Positions 18,963 through 28,919 of a stretch of DNA of 64,000 nucleotides are shown here, piece after piece. The stretch is from Alphaproteobacteria bacterium (lineage in GTDB: Bacteria > Pseudomonadota > Alphaproteobacteria > CAAHEQ01 > UBA3637). Position 1 is the stretch's first letter. The number at the start of each line of letters is the position of its first letter. Below the pieces are notes generated by a model that saw nothing but the letters and a program-made list of their open reading frames with translations, searched no databases and had not been told where the DNA came from. Location of the stretch: positions 35,028-99,027 of the forward strand of contig SUUS01000002.1 of assembly GCA_015062395.1 (NCBI GenBank). Reading direction: 5' to 3'. The position numbers and the translations under genes are program-made.

Positions 18963-19654
18963 TGGTCAAAATTGTTGTTATTGAAGACGAGCAAGGATTG
19001 CAAACGATTTTAAAGTACAATTTGGAAAAAGAAGGATATGAAACATATCCTGTTATGGATGGGAAAAAAGCATTAGATGCAGTAGTTAATCAACAACCAG
19101 ATTTGATTTTATTGGATTGGATGTTGCCTCATGTTTCTGGGATAGAAATTTGTAAGGCTATCAGACAAAATCATGACATTCGACATATTCCTGTTTTGAT
19201 GTTGACGGCTCGGGGGGATGAAGCAGATAAAGTATCTGGATTATCTATTGGCGCAGATGATTATATGACAAAGCCGTTTTCAGTACCTGAATTGATGGCT
19301 CGGATTAAAGCTTTATTACGCAGAGCACCACCTAAGCCACCACAAGACACACAAAACTTTGCTGATATGTCTGTGGATTTCGATAAAAAACAAGTTTATC
19401 GGGCTGACAGATTGGTTCATTTAGGTCCAACAGAGTTTCGTTTGTTGCAAGTTTTTATGAGCAAACCAGAATATGTTTTTTCCAGAGCTGAATTATTAAA
19501 AGCTGTTTGGGGTGATTCTATTTACGTCGAAGACAGAACAGTCGATGTGCATGTCAAGCGTTTGAGACAAGCTTTAAATGCTGGTGGTGAAGTTGATATT
19601 ATACGAACTGTCCGTTCTTCTGGATATGCTTTATCGCAAGCAAAGAAAAAATAA
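18962..19654 (+). CDS. phoB: OmpR/PhoB-family response regulator, PhoB-like
   Basis: LILLDWMLPHVSGI and LTARGDEADKVSGLSIGADDYMTKPFS...ARIKALLRR are nearly superimposable on E. coli PhoB. Winged-helix C-terminus. Confidence 0.65.
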   Translation: MVKIVVIEDEQGLQTILKYNLEKEGYETYPVMDGKKALDAVVNQQPDLILLDWMLPHVSGIEICKAIRQNHDIRHIPVLMLTARGDEADKVSGLSIGADDYMTKPFSVPELMARIKALLRRAPPKPPQDTQNFADMSVDFDKKQVYRADRLVHLGPTEFRLLQVFMSKPEYVFSRAELLKAVWGDSIYVEDRTVDVHVKRLRQALNAGGEVDIIRTVRSSGYALSQAKKK

Positions 19655-19734
19655 ATTATTTTTTTTAGCTTTCTTTATAATTTATTTACTTTTTTATGTT
19701 TAGATAAAGCTCGGTTTAGTGTAAACAGAATTGA

Positions 19735-20895
19735 ATGGGTACGCTTATGGAAAAAAAGGTACTGCCTTCGTTGGGTTTAAGTCAAAAAGATGTGGATTTG
19801 TTAAAACAAAATCCCGCACCAGCAGTTCGTTCTCAAACAGCTCAAAAAGTTTCAGCGCAGTACCAAGACGATATTTCTGAAAGCGAAAAAAAAATTGCAG
19901 AAGATATCTTTCGTTTAATCGCAAACGATGTCGAAGTCAGTGTTCGGCAAGATTTAGCAGAAAGTTTAAAAAATTGTGATTCTTTACCTCGAGACATTAT
20001 AGAACAAATCATCAACGATATCGCTTGTGTTGCAACACCTCTTATTCAGTATTCGTCATTGTTAACAGAACAAGATTTAATTGCTTTGGTTAAGTCTAAA
20101 GATGAAGAAAAGCAAATTGCAGTTGCTGCTCGTGCAAATTTACCCTATCGTGTTTCAGAAACGTTGGTTGAAGAAGCTAAAGAAAAACCTGTTATTGTCT
20201 TGATATCGAATAATTTATCCAATATATCGGATTATGCATATCAACGATTGATGGAAAGATTCAGAGATTCTGAAGCCGTTCACAAACCTTTGTTGATGCG
20301 TTCGCATGTGCCAGTTCAAATTTTGGAAAAATTGATAACGATTGTTTCTGACACCTTAAAACAGCAGTTATTGATGCGCAGAGATTTACCAGCACCAATC
20401 GTGACTGCTATTGTTTCGCAAACTCGGGAAAAAGCTATTTTGTCTTTGTCTGAAACATCCACAGAAAATGAAGTCAGAACTTTGATTATTCATTTAAGTG
20501 GCGTAAATCGCTTAACACCGAATTTAATTTTACGCGCTGTTTGTGTTGGCGATATGAAATTTTTTGAATATGCTTTAGCAATGCGCGCAGGAATTCCTAT
20601 TCGAAATGCGCGCGTTTTAATTTATGATTCGGGGCAAATGGGGTTGGAGCGTTTGTATGAAGAAGCTGATTTGCCAGCTCAAATGTATCCAGCTGTACGT
20701 TTAGCTGTTAAAACGTATCGTGAGATGATGGAAGAAACCGAGGATGGTTATCGCGACCATTTCTGTCGTCGTTTGGTTGAACGATTATTGATACTGTTTG
20801 ATGAAAATAATATCTTGCTTGACGAAACGGATATGAATTACTTCTTACAGAAAATTGGTAGTTGTGGCGAACAGGTTTTTGAAACTGCAATTTAA
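19735..20895 (+). CDS. DUF2336-like alphaproteobacterial protein
   Basis: 386-aa helical-repeat protein. Family assignment is from memory of the repeat pattern and has low certainty. Confidence 0.4.
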   Translation: MGTLMEKKVLPSLGLSQKDVDLLKQNPAPAVRSQTAQKVSAQYQDDISESEKKIAEDIFRLIANDVEVSVRQDLAESLKNCDSLPRDIIEQIINDIACVATPLIQYSSLLTEQDLIALVKSKDEEKQIAVAARANLPYRVSETLVEEAKEKPVIVLISNNLSNISDYAYQRLMERFRDSEAVHKPLLMRSHVPVQILEKLITIVSDTLKQQLLMRRDLPAPIVTAIVSQTREKAILSLSETSTENEVRTLIIHLSGVNRLTPNLILRAVCVGDMKFFEYALAMRAGIPIRNARVLIYDSGQMGLERLYEEADLPAQMYPAVRLAVKTYREMMEETEDGYRDHFCRRLVERLLILFDENNILLDETDMNYFLQKIGSCGEQVFETAI

Positions 20896-21551
20896 AGCAA
20901 TTTTTCTTCTGATATTAAATTTAAAGCTTCTTTTGCTAAAGGGATAGTGATTTTCCTTTTTTGTGCTAACGAAAGCATTTGTACAGTTCTGACAAAACTT
21001 AATACATATTCAAAAGAACGTTCTATGTGTTTTAGTACATAATCAATAACGTCAGATTCAATATCCAGTTGGCGTTCTGTGATTTCCTTTAAAATTAAAA
21101 GCATAATAGTTTTATCATCTGGCAAACCAACTTTTGCAACAGGAACAATCGCCATTCTGGATTTTAAATCAGGCAATTTCCAAAAAGGCATAGCCCTTGC
21201 AGTCAATAAAACTTTTTTATTTTTTTCTGCTGTAAAATTATATAAATGAAATAATGTTGTTTCGTCAACACCTACTTCATCAATATCTTCAACAGCGCTT
21301 AATTCAGGCATGTACATAATGTCTTCAAAAGTTAAATCTTTTGCACGATAAATATGTTTTGTAAATATACGTGTCAGATGCGTTTTTCCACAAGATGCAG
21401 GTCCCAAAATCAACAAAGCATGATGGTACCAATTAGGGTACAAGTTTAACCATTGAACGACTTCTTGATAGCATGGAGCGTTAATAAAATCACTTTGTTG
21501 ATATTGACTTGGGTATGTCAACGGCAAAGGAAGCTGACCATTTTTTGACAT
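20892..21551 (-). CDS. hdaA: DnaA-related regulatory inactivator HdaA
   Basis: P-loop GPASCGKTHL and a DnaA-domain-III-like box. 219 aa. Confidence 0.7.
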   Translation of the reverse strand: MSKNGQLPLPLTYPSQYQQSDFINAPCYQEVVQWLNLYPNWYHHALLILGPASCGKTHLTRIFTKHIYRAKDLTFEDIMYMPELSAVEDIDEVGVDETTLFHLYNFTAEKNKKVLLTARAMPFWKLPDLKSRMAIVPVAKVGLPDDKTIMLLILKEITERQLDIESDVIDYVLKHIERSFEYVLSFVRTVQMLSLAQKRKITIPLAKEALNLISEEKLL

Positions 21552-21554
21552 GTT

Positions 21555-22628
21555 TTACCCTTTATAATAAACGCTGTTTTTATAACAAGAAATAGCCGAA
21601 CGGACCAGTACACCCAATACGGCAGATACGGGAACAGCCAGTAAAATACCTAAAAAACCGAATAAATATCCACCAGCCATTAACGCAAAAATAACCCAAA
21701 CAGGATGCAATCCGATTTTATCGCCAACTAATTTTGGGGTTAAAACGTATCCTTCTAAAAATTGACCAGCACCAAAAACCATTAAAATTCCCAAAAATAA
21801 AACCCAATCTGCAGATTGTGTGAATGCAAGCAATAAACTTAAAACAAAGCCTGTCAGAGAGCCTACATATGGAATGAATGAAAAAAGTCCTGAAATAAAA
21901 CCAATAGAAAAACCAAAATCTAAATCAATCGCCGTTAAGCCAAAGCCATAAAATAATGCTAAAAATAAGCAAACAATCGCTTGTCCTCTGATAAAGGCAG
22001 ATAAAATTTCATCCATTTCATTGATTTTCGTATTGATAAGTTCTGCATTTTTAACGGGGATAAGTTGTTTTATTTTTTCGACAATTTCATTCCAATCTAA
22101 CAACAAATAAAATACAACGACAGGTGTGATAATTAAAAATGAAATGACGTTAAACAGGGCAGACCATCCCGTAAATAAACGCATCAGAGCAGAGCTAATA
22201 TCTCCAAAGAAATTGGATGTTTGCACTGAAAGGGTTTCTTTTAAATAACTTAATTGTGTTTCAGAAATATGTTCTTTGATAAGTTCAAATACGGGTTGTA
22301 CTTTTAACCATAAAGAATTTGCCAATGTTGGAACTTTAACAACAAAAGATATAATTTGGGCTTGCAAAACAGGTAATAAAATTAAAATTGACGATAAAAC
22401 GGCTAATGCCAATAAGAATATCACTAAAGATGTGGCAAGAGTTCTGCTAAAATGTTTGTTTTGTAATTTGACAATTAATGGGTTGAGTATGTAAGCCAAA
22501 ATAAAGCTTAATACAAACGGCATTAAGATTCCACGTAAAACAAAGACCAATGAGCATAATACAACGCTTGAAATAATCCAAAATAGGGTCGTTTTTTTGA
22601 ATAAAGATATTTTTTTTGTATTTAACAT
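21555..22628 (-). CDS. AI-2E family transporter (PerM-like permease)
   Basis: About 8 TM helices and the Gly-rich C-terminal signature of AI-2E/UPF0118. 357 aa. Confidence 0.7.
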   Translation of the reverse strand: MLNTKKISLFKKTTLFWIISSVVLCSLVFVLRGILMPFVLSFILAYILNPLIVKLQNKHFSRTLATSLVIFLLALAVLSSILILLPVLQAQIISFVVKVPTLANSLWLKVQPVFELIKEHISETQLSYLKETLSVQTSNFFGDISSALMRLFTGWSALFNVISFLIITPVVVFYLLLDWNEIVEKIKQLIPVKNAELINTKINEMDEILSAFIRGQAIVCLFLALFYGFGLTAIDLDFGFSIGFISGLFSFIPYVGSLTGFVLSLLLAFTQSADWVLFLGILMVFGAGQFLEGYVLTPKLVGDKIGLHPVWVIFALMAGGYLFGFLGILLAVPVSAVLGVLVRSAISCYKNSVYYKG

Positions 22629-22631
22629 TGT

Positions 22632-23936
22632 TTATTCCTCTTGTATCGGTGGTTGTATTTTTTTCATTTCTGACAGCATATCTAATGTTTCGGCATTCAT
22701 TTCAGCTTGTTGATATAATTCCAAAGAAAACGTTCGAATTTCTTCAGGTAGAACATATGGATTTTCTGCTAGCGTTGTTGTTTCTTCTGAAACAATTTCT
22801 GTTTGTGTGTCTTCAGATAAATCTGGCATATTATTTTCCAAAATTTCTTCTTGAGGAATGTCTTTTAATTCTTGTAATAAGAAATGGTTTTCTTCATTGG
22901 TTTTTGATAAAAACAACCCATCTTCTTTTAATGCGTTTTGGAATGCTTCTAATTGTCCGACGTAAAAAACTTCAATTTCAGCCAAATCCCTGCGAACTGA
23001 TTTTACGACATATTGTTTGATTAATTTTATTTTATCTAAACGTTTACGATATGTCAGCCATTGAGATAAATTATCGATTTCGATTTTAACAAAGATTCGG
23101 GTCGGATTGTCAAAACGCACAGCATTTTTTTCACGCCATTTTTGTTCCAATAAATAAACAGCCCGTTCAGCTGCGCGTTTTAATACGTCGGGTAATGGCG
23201 CATTGATTGGTTCTGTCAAACCGATTTCTTCTATGAATGATTTTTGATTAGGAAGGGCTTTTATTAAAACTTTCACAGCGCTGTTATCATTTAAATGCGA
23301 CAATTCAATAATAAAAGCATTTTGTGCTTGATAGCGTTGCAAAATGGGTAATATATCTATGCTTGAAAGGTCTGATAAATTGTTTTCATTGACAACGGCA
23401 ATGTCATCCAAATCGCCAAAAGGAACAACTAAAGGAACTAAATCACTTTTTTTAGATGCGTTTTCTAATATACCCATCCATAAGTTTGTATCTTGCCATA
23501 ATAAAGGTTGTTTGTCAGCCGTTTCTTTATAAACAGGAAAAACAACACTGGTAGGGGCACTGTACGTCACATAAGGAACTTGATATTCTTGAAAAAATGT
23601 TTGAATAGCTTGAGGATTAAATTGTACGTCAACATCTGCGATATAACGAACAGAAGATGTTTTTTCGTTTGATATTGAAAAATCTTGAACCAAATTTAAA
23701 ATATCTTCATTTGTCAGAACTGGCAATGCTTCTGTATCTTGGAATAAAGTAAGCCTGTCCAGCATTTTATAAAAAGCTTTTTCTTGTGCTTCATTTAAGC
23801 CTTGTTCTCTGGCTAAAGTTGCATTTTGAGCTGTCACATCAATGTGAATATCTTGAACAGAAAACATATCTGCTTTTGTTTGACTGATGAAAGCAAAGGA
23901 CATCAATAAAAACAGTAAAAAACTTTTTTTCAACAT
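22632..23936 (-). CDS. Secreted hypothetical protein (DUF2066-like)
   Basis: Signal peptide MLKKSFLLFLLMSFAFISQTKA. Conserved position next to the AI-2E permease and hdaA in alphaproteobacteria. Confidence 0.4.
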   Translation of the reverse strand: MLKKSFLLFLLMSFAFISQTKADMFSVQDIHIDVTAQNATLAREQGLNEAQEKAFYKMLDRLTLFQDTEALPVLTNEDILNLVQDFSISNEKTSSVRYIADVDVQFNPQAIQTFFQEYQVPYVTYSAPTSVVFPVYKETADKQPLLWQDTNLWMGILENASKKSDLVPLVVPFGDLDDIAVVNENNLSDLSSIDILPILQRYQAQNAFIIELSHLNDNSAVKVLIKALPNQKSFIEEIGLTEPINAPLPDVLKRAAERAVYLLEQKWREKNAVRFDNPTRIFVKIEIDNLSQWLTYRKRLDKIKLIKQYVVKSVRRDLAEIEVFYVGQLEAFQNALKEDGLFLSKTNEENHFLLQELKDIPQEEILENNMPDLSEDTQTEIVSEETTTLAENPYVLPEEIRTFSLELYQQAEMNAETLDMLSEMKKIQPPIQEE

Positions 23937-23941
23937 AAAAA

Positions 23942-24358
23942 TTAACCCACTATTTCTGTTTGAGCAAAAAAGAATGAAATTTCTCTGGCAGCAGATTCTG
24001 GACTATCCGACCCATGAACTGCATTATAGGGTAATTCACCACCGAATGCTTTACGGATAGTTCCTTCTTCTGCGTTGGCTGGGTTTGTGGCACCCATCAA
24101 TGTGCGATAGCGTTTGATAACATCTTCGCCTTGCAAAACTTGAACAACAATTGGGCCAGAGCTCATCATTTCAACCAAGCCATCATAAAAAGGTTTTCCT
24201 TTATGTTCAGCATAAAATTGTCCAGCTTGTGTTGGTGTCATTTGAATGCGTTTTTGCGCAATAATTCGGATGCCAGCATTTTCTATCATTGCATTGATTG
24301 CACCAGTGACGTTTTTGGCTGTTGCATCTGGTTTTATCATCGAAAAAGTTGTTTGCAT
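23942..24358 (-). CDS. ndk: Nucleoside diphosphate kinase
   Basis: TFSMIKPD...NAVHGSDS motifs. 138 aa. Confidence 0.9.
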   Translation of the reverse strand: MQTTFSMIKPDATAKNVTGAINAMIENAGIRIIAQKRIQMTPTQAGQFYAEHKGKPFYDGLVEMMSSGPIVVQVLQGEDVIKRYRTLMGATNPANAEEGTIRKAFGGELPYNAVHGSDSPESAAREISFFFAQTEIVG

Positions 24359-24490
24359 TTTATTTCCCTTTCTTTTATTTGTGTATTTTTTGTTTTATTA
24401 TAGCTATTTTAACTTTTTTCGCAAGAAAAAGTATTTGTTTTTTTTCTTAAATTTTTATATAGTGAAAAATGTTTTTAAAAGGAGTTTAAA

Positions 24491-24832
24491 ATGGCTTATG
24501 ATAATCAAAATGTTTTTGCAAAAATTTTGCGTGGAGAAATCCCAACAAATAAAATTTATGAAGATGAATATGTCATCAGTTTTTATGATATTCATCCGAA
24601 AGCACCAACACATGTATTAGTTGTTCCTAAAAATGCATATGTTGATTTTAATGATTTAATCCAAAAAGCTGATGCAACAGAAATTGACGGTATTTTTAAT
24701 GCAGTTCACAATGTCGCAAAGCAATTAGATGTGATTGATGCAGGCTATCGTTTGCTGATGAACGTTGGCTCTGGTGCCGGACAAGAGGTCCCACATTTGC
24801 ATATTCACATTCTGTCAAATAAGAAAAATTAA
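24491..24832 (+). CDS. HIT-family (histidine triad) protein
   Basis: HLHIHIL triad. 113 aa. Confidence 0.8.
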   Translation: MAYDNQNVFAKILRGEIPTNKIYEDEYVISFYDIHPKAPTHVLVVPKNAYVDFNDLIQKADATEIDGIFNAVHNVAKQLDVIDAGYRLLMNVGSGAGQEVPHLHIHILSNKKN

Positions 24833-26103
24833 TTTTTTTCGGGCTCTTCTGGTGGAGGCGTAATTTTTATGCTGGATATTCGGTTTGCTTGTTTATCCAA
24901 AACTTTAAAGTTAAAACCGTAGAAAGAATAAGATGCCCCTTTATGGGGTATGCGTTCTGTTTCGTAAAGCAATAACCCAGCCAGCGTAGATGCTTCTCCA
25001 TCAGGAAGTTCCCAACCAAAACGTCTGTTCAAATCTCTTAACGAAACAGCGCCATCTGCAATAACCGAACCGTCTGCATCAGAAATAACAGAAATACCAT
25101 TTTCACTTGGGTGGTCCGTTTCATCCATGATATCTCCGACGATTTCTTCTAAAATGTCTTCCAGTGTGACAATGCCTTGAATTTCACCATATTCATCAAC
25201 AACGATTGCAAAATGTTCTCTGCGTCTGCGATATGCTTGTAATTGGTCCAGCAATGACGTTGTTTCTAATATGAACCAAGGGGGTGTGACGGCTTTCATT
25301 AAATCAAAGTCTTTTTTATCTCCTGTATGTGCGTGCAAAGCTCTTAAAAGCAATTTTGTATGCAAAATTCCAACGATGTTGGTTTTATCGTTTTTATACA
25401 GAGGAATACGGGTATAAGGGCATGACAGTACTTTGTCCATCAATTCTTCAAGTGGTAAATCGACATCAAAACAAACCATTTTGTCACGATATGTCATAAT
25501 ATCCCCCACACAAACTTCGCTTAAGTCTAGAACGCTTTTCAACATATTTGTTTCGCTTTTCATTTTTGGGCTTTTATGCATGTCAATAGCACCACGCAAT
25601 TCGGTTTTTTCGCCGCCACCTATTTTTTCATGTTTAAGTAAACCTAATACACGCATCACATTCTTAACAACACTGTTTAAAAAAACCAACATAGGGGATA
25701 AAATAACCGTTAAAAATGAAATGGTCGGAGCGACCAATAAAGCGATTGTATTTGGATTGCGAATGGCAACTGTTTTGGGAAAAATTTCGCAGAAGATTAA
25801 TACGACAAAGCTGACAACAAAAGTGGATAAAAATACCCCCAGTTTGTCCCCAAATAAAGTAATACAAATGCTGGTGGTAATCGCTGTTGCAGCAATGTTG
25901 ACAACATTGTTTCCAAATAAAATCATACTTAAAAAACGGTCGGGATGTTCTTTTAATTTTTTGACGGCTTTAGCTTTTTTGTTGCCTTTTTTTTCCATCT
26001 CGTGCATTAATGCTTCCGAAGTGGCCGTGATAGCTGTTTCTGTTCCTGAAAAAAACATGGATAACAGTAAGCAAATAATTAAAATAATAACGGAAAAAGT
26101 CAT
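24829..26103 (-). CDS. CNNM/DUF21-CBS-CorC_HlyC family protein (TlyC-like)
   Basis: N-terminal DUF21 with 4 TM, tandem CBS domains, and a C-terminal CorC/HlyC domain. 424 aa. Confidence 0.8.
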   Translation of the reverse strand: MTFSVIILIICLLLSMFFSGTETAITATSEALMHEMEKKGNKKAKAVKKLKEHPDRFLSMILFGNNVVNIAATAITTSICITLFGDKLGVFLSTFVVSFVVLIFCEIFPKTVAIRNPNTIALLVAPTISFLTVILSPMLVFLNSVVKNVMRVLGLLKHEKIGGGEKTELRGAIDMHKSPKMKSETNMLKSVLDLSEVCVGDIMTYRDKMVCFDVDLPLEELMDKVLSCPYTRIPLYKNDKTNIVGILHTKLLLRALHAHTGDKKDFDLMKAVTPPWFILETTSLLDQLQAYRRRREHFAIVVDEYGEIQGIVTLEDILEEIVGDIMDETDHPSENGISVISDADGSVIADGAVSLRDLNRRFGWELPDGEASTLAGLLLYETERIPHKGASYSFYGFNFKVLDKQANRISSIKITPPPEEPEKN

Positions 26104-26651
26104 TAGTAATCCTTTTCTATGATATCATTTTCGGCTAATAAATTTAAAAGCCGATTAATTGTTTTTGAGATGGGTTCCTGTTTCGTATCCAAAACCATAT
26201 CTGCGTTGGCGTATAAAGGATAGCATTCATTAACCAATCGTGTGATTGCCCGTTTATTATCTTTGGCCGGAACTAATGGCCGATGATTTCTTCCTTCTGT
26301 CCTGTGAGACAATAAATCAATATCAGCTCTAATCCAAACGGAAACAGCCTTTTTCTTTGCAATTTCTTGTGTTTTTAAAGATAAAAAAGCTCCCCCACCA
26401 GAAGATAAAACACATGGTGTGTCTGATTTAAGCAATCGTTCCATGATACGTTCTTCGCCTTTTCGAAATTCAGCTTCACCATATGTTGCAAACAGGTCTG
26501 ATATGCTGCACCCAGAAGCTTTTTCGATTTCTTTATCGCTGTCAACAAAAGGCAGACATAATTTTTTAGAAAGTATCTTTCCAAGGCTGGTTTTGCCACA
26601 TCCCATCATGCCAACCAGTAAAATTATTTTATTTTGTTTTAATTTAATCAT
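26103..26651 (-). CDS. aroK: Shikimate kinase
   Basis: Walker A LVGMMGCGKTS. The ORF track's 5' extension is probably spurious; the start was chosen at MIKLKQNK. Confidence 0.8.
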   Translation of the reverse strand: MIKLKQNKIILLVGMMGCGKTSLGKILSKKLCLPFVDSDKEIEKASGCSISDLFATYGEAEFRKGEERIMERLLKSDTPCVLSSGGGAFLSLKTQEIAKKKAVSVWIRADIDLLSHRTEGRNHRPLVPAKDNKRAITRLVNECYPLYANADMVLDTKQEPISKTINRLLNLLAENDIIEKDY

Positions 26652-26862
26652 TTTTTTGTTTTGACTCTTTTCTTTTTGATGATTATAATTGATGCTTGTG
26701 AAAAATACAAGACTTTTATTAAATATAAAGGAAAAAAGATGCGTCAAAAGAAAAAACATTATGGGATTAAGTTGTTAATTGTCTTAATTTTAGCTTTTTG
26801 TGCTTGGGGTTATTTTTGGGATGCGCCAGCTCCAACAGGCAGTTTTGAAAAGATTTTATCGA

Positions 26863-27987
26863 ATGATGTTTTACAAAATTAAAATTGCTTTTTTATCCGT
26901 TGTTCTGTGTTTTTTTTGTTTTTTCTCTGTAAAAGCAGAATTACAGATTGAAGAGTTGAATGGTAATTTAACGGATGCATTGGGTGTTGAAAAAACATTG
27001 CCTTTCAGCGCATGGGGTGATTTGCCTTTTGATGATTTAGTTGAAATTACAAACCAGCTATCTGTACAAAAAAAATCTGCTTGGCTTGCAAAATTAACAG
27101 CTACTGTTTTAATGCAGCAAACATTTATAGAGCAAAATAATTGGTCAGAGAAACAATCCCAAAAGTGGTTGTTGACACGATTAAATGCGCTGTTGAATTT
27201 GGGGTATCCTGCTCAAGCGTTAATGATGATAGAGCAGTTGCCGATGACCTCTTTGAATAAAGATGTTTTAAAGTTGAAAATGGATGCGCTTTTCTTGACT
27301 GAACAATGGCAAGAAGCTTGTGTTATTGCGCTTCAAAATGCGTCAGAAGATGATTATTTTAATCACGTTCAAGTGTTGTGTCTGGGTTTGCTGGACAATC
27401 AAGATAAAGCATCGATGGCTTTTGATTTGTGGCAAGAAGAACATCCCAATGAAAAAACAGCTTCTTTTGTGATGGGAAAATTGTTGGGGTTGGAATTGCC
27501 TAAAAGCGACAAAATGGATAATTTAACGATTGCTGATGTTTTTGTGTTGAGGATGTTAAATGCAAAAGAATTGGATGAAATTGTTTTGCCTTTACCTTAT
27601 CAGGTTTTGCCTTTGCATTCTTATAGCGATTTTGGGAGTGCTATCAATACTCGGCTTTTATTCGAACGCTGGGAAAAATCTGGATTATCTGAAACACAAA
27701 AAGCGTACAGATATTATCTGTTGAATGTTTATGCGAGTATGTTTCTTCCAGAACTGCGTTTTTTCAAAAACGATTTTTTATGGAATGAAGCGCTTTTGCA
27801 AATGAATTTTTCTTTGCGTTCTTTGTATTTAAAAGATAAAACAGAAACACAAATAACGGGTTCGGATTTGTTGTTAGGATTATGGTTATTAAATGAACAG
27901 TCTTTGAACATTCAAGATGCGATGATAATTTTGTTTAAAGGTGGATTAGATTTGAAAAATTATGTGTTGGAGCAAATAAATTCATGA
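26863..27987 (+). CDS. Hypothetical exported protein
   Basis: Signal-peptide-like MMFYKIKIAFLSVVLCFFCFFSVKA. Start codon uncertain; the ORF track begins at 26800. Confidence 0.4.
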   Translation: MMFYKIKIAFLSVVLCFFCFFSVKAELQIEELNGNLTDALGVEKTLPFSAWGDLPFDDLVEITNQLSVQKKSAWLAKLTATVLMQQTFIEQNNWSEKQSQKWLLTRLNALLNLGYPAQALMMIEQLPMTSLNKDVLKLKMDALFLTEQWQEACVIALQNASEDDYFNHVQVLCLGLLDNQDKASMAFDLWQEEHPNEKTASFVMGKLLGLELPKSDKMDNLTIADVFVLRMLNAKELDEIVLPLPYQVLPLHSYSDFGSAINTRLLFERWEKSGLSETQKAYRYYLLNVYASMFLPELRFFKNDFLWNEALLQMNFSLRSLYLKDKTETQITGSDLLLGLWLLNEQSLNIQDAMIILFKGGLDLKNYVLEQINS

Positions 27988-28907
27988 CGCGTGATACAGG
28001 ACAAAATTTATCAGACAAATGGATTGAAAATTTTTTGCAAGTGATGGTTGCAGAACAAGGCGCCAGTCCCAGAACAATCACTGCATACCGTCATGATTTG
28101 CAAGATTTAGCTGCTTTTTTAAAGGTTGATAACGTTGCGTTATGTAAGGCAAAAAGAAAAAATTTGCAATCTTATATTCAAACGTTGGCTAAAAACGGCT
28201 TGTCAGCTAAAACGCAAGCGCGCAGGTTATCTGCTATGCATGAATTTTATCGTTTTTTATATTCGGAAGAAATACGTGATGATAATCCAACAAATTTACT
28301 AGATTGTCCTAAAATAGGAAAAGCTTTACCGAAGTATTTGAACGAAACGGAAGTCAATTTATTAATTGATGCGGGAAAACAAAAAGATGTGCGTCTTGGT
28401 GTGTTATTAGAGGTTGCTTATGCGTCAGGAATGCGTGTAAGTGAGTTGGTTGAACTGCCTTTAACTGCAGTTTTACATGATGGTCAGATGGTAATGATAA
28501 CAGGTAAAGGTGGTAAGCAGCGAATGGTTCCATTGAATGATGTTGCTAAAATTGCTTTGGATAATTGGCTGATACAACGTGAAACATATTTAAAGCGAGG
28601 TCGGTCATCTAAATGGTTGTTCCCATCAAAATCTTCAACAGGACATTACACCAGAGATGCTTTTTTTAAAGCGTTAAAAGCTTTAGCTTTGGAAGTCGAT
28701 ATTGCACCACAAAGGGTTTCTCCCCACGTTTTGCGACATTCTTTTGCATCGCATTTAGTTGCCCATGACGCTGATTTGCGAAGTGTCCAAAAAATGTTGG
28801 GACATTCTGACATTGCAACAACTGAAATTTATACGCATGTGATGGAAGAGCGATTAAAAAAAATAATTTCTCAAAAACATCCCTTGTCAAATATACATAA
28901 AATCTGA
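27984..28907 (+). CDS. xerD: Tyrosine recombinase XerD
   Basis: R..H..R..Y catalytic arrangement: HVLRHSFASHLV...DIATTEIYTHV. N-terminal ITAYRHDLQDLAAFL. Confidence 0.85.
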   Translation: MTRDTGQNLSDKWIENFLQVMVAEQGASPRTITAYRHDLQDLAAFLKVDNVALCKAKRKNLQSYIQTLAKNGLSAKTQARRLSAMHEFYRFLYSEEIRDDNPTNLLDCPKIGKALPKYLNETEVNLLIDAGKQKDVRLGVLLEVAYASGMRVSELVELPLTAVLHDGQMVMITGKGGKQRMVPLNDVAKIALDNWLIQRETYLKRGRSSKWLFPSKSSTGHYTRDAFFKALKALALEVDIAPQRVSPHVLRHSFASHLVAHDADLRSVQKMLGHSDIATTEIYTHVMEERLKKIISQKHPLSNIHKI

Positions 28908-28919
28908 TATAAGGTAATT

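Noticed and set aside
22616-23020. 134-aa plus-strand ORF overlapping the DUF2066-like gene
   Set aside because: It is a Leu/Phe-rich antisense artefact with no RBS, and the longer minus-strand gene has a signal peptide and conserved neighbours.
25433-26122. 229-aa plus-strand ORF antisense to the CBS/CorC gene
   Set aside because: It fully overlaps a gene with clear domain architecture on the opposite strand and has hydrophobic low-complexity antisense composition.
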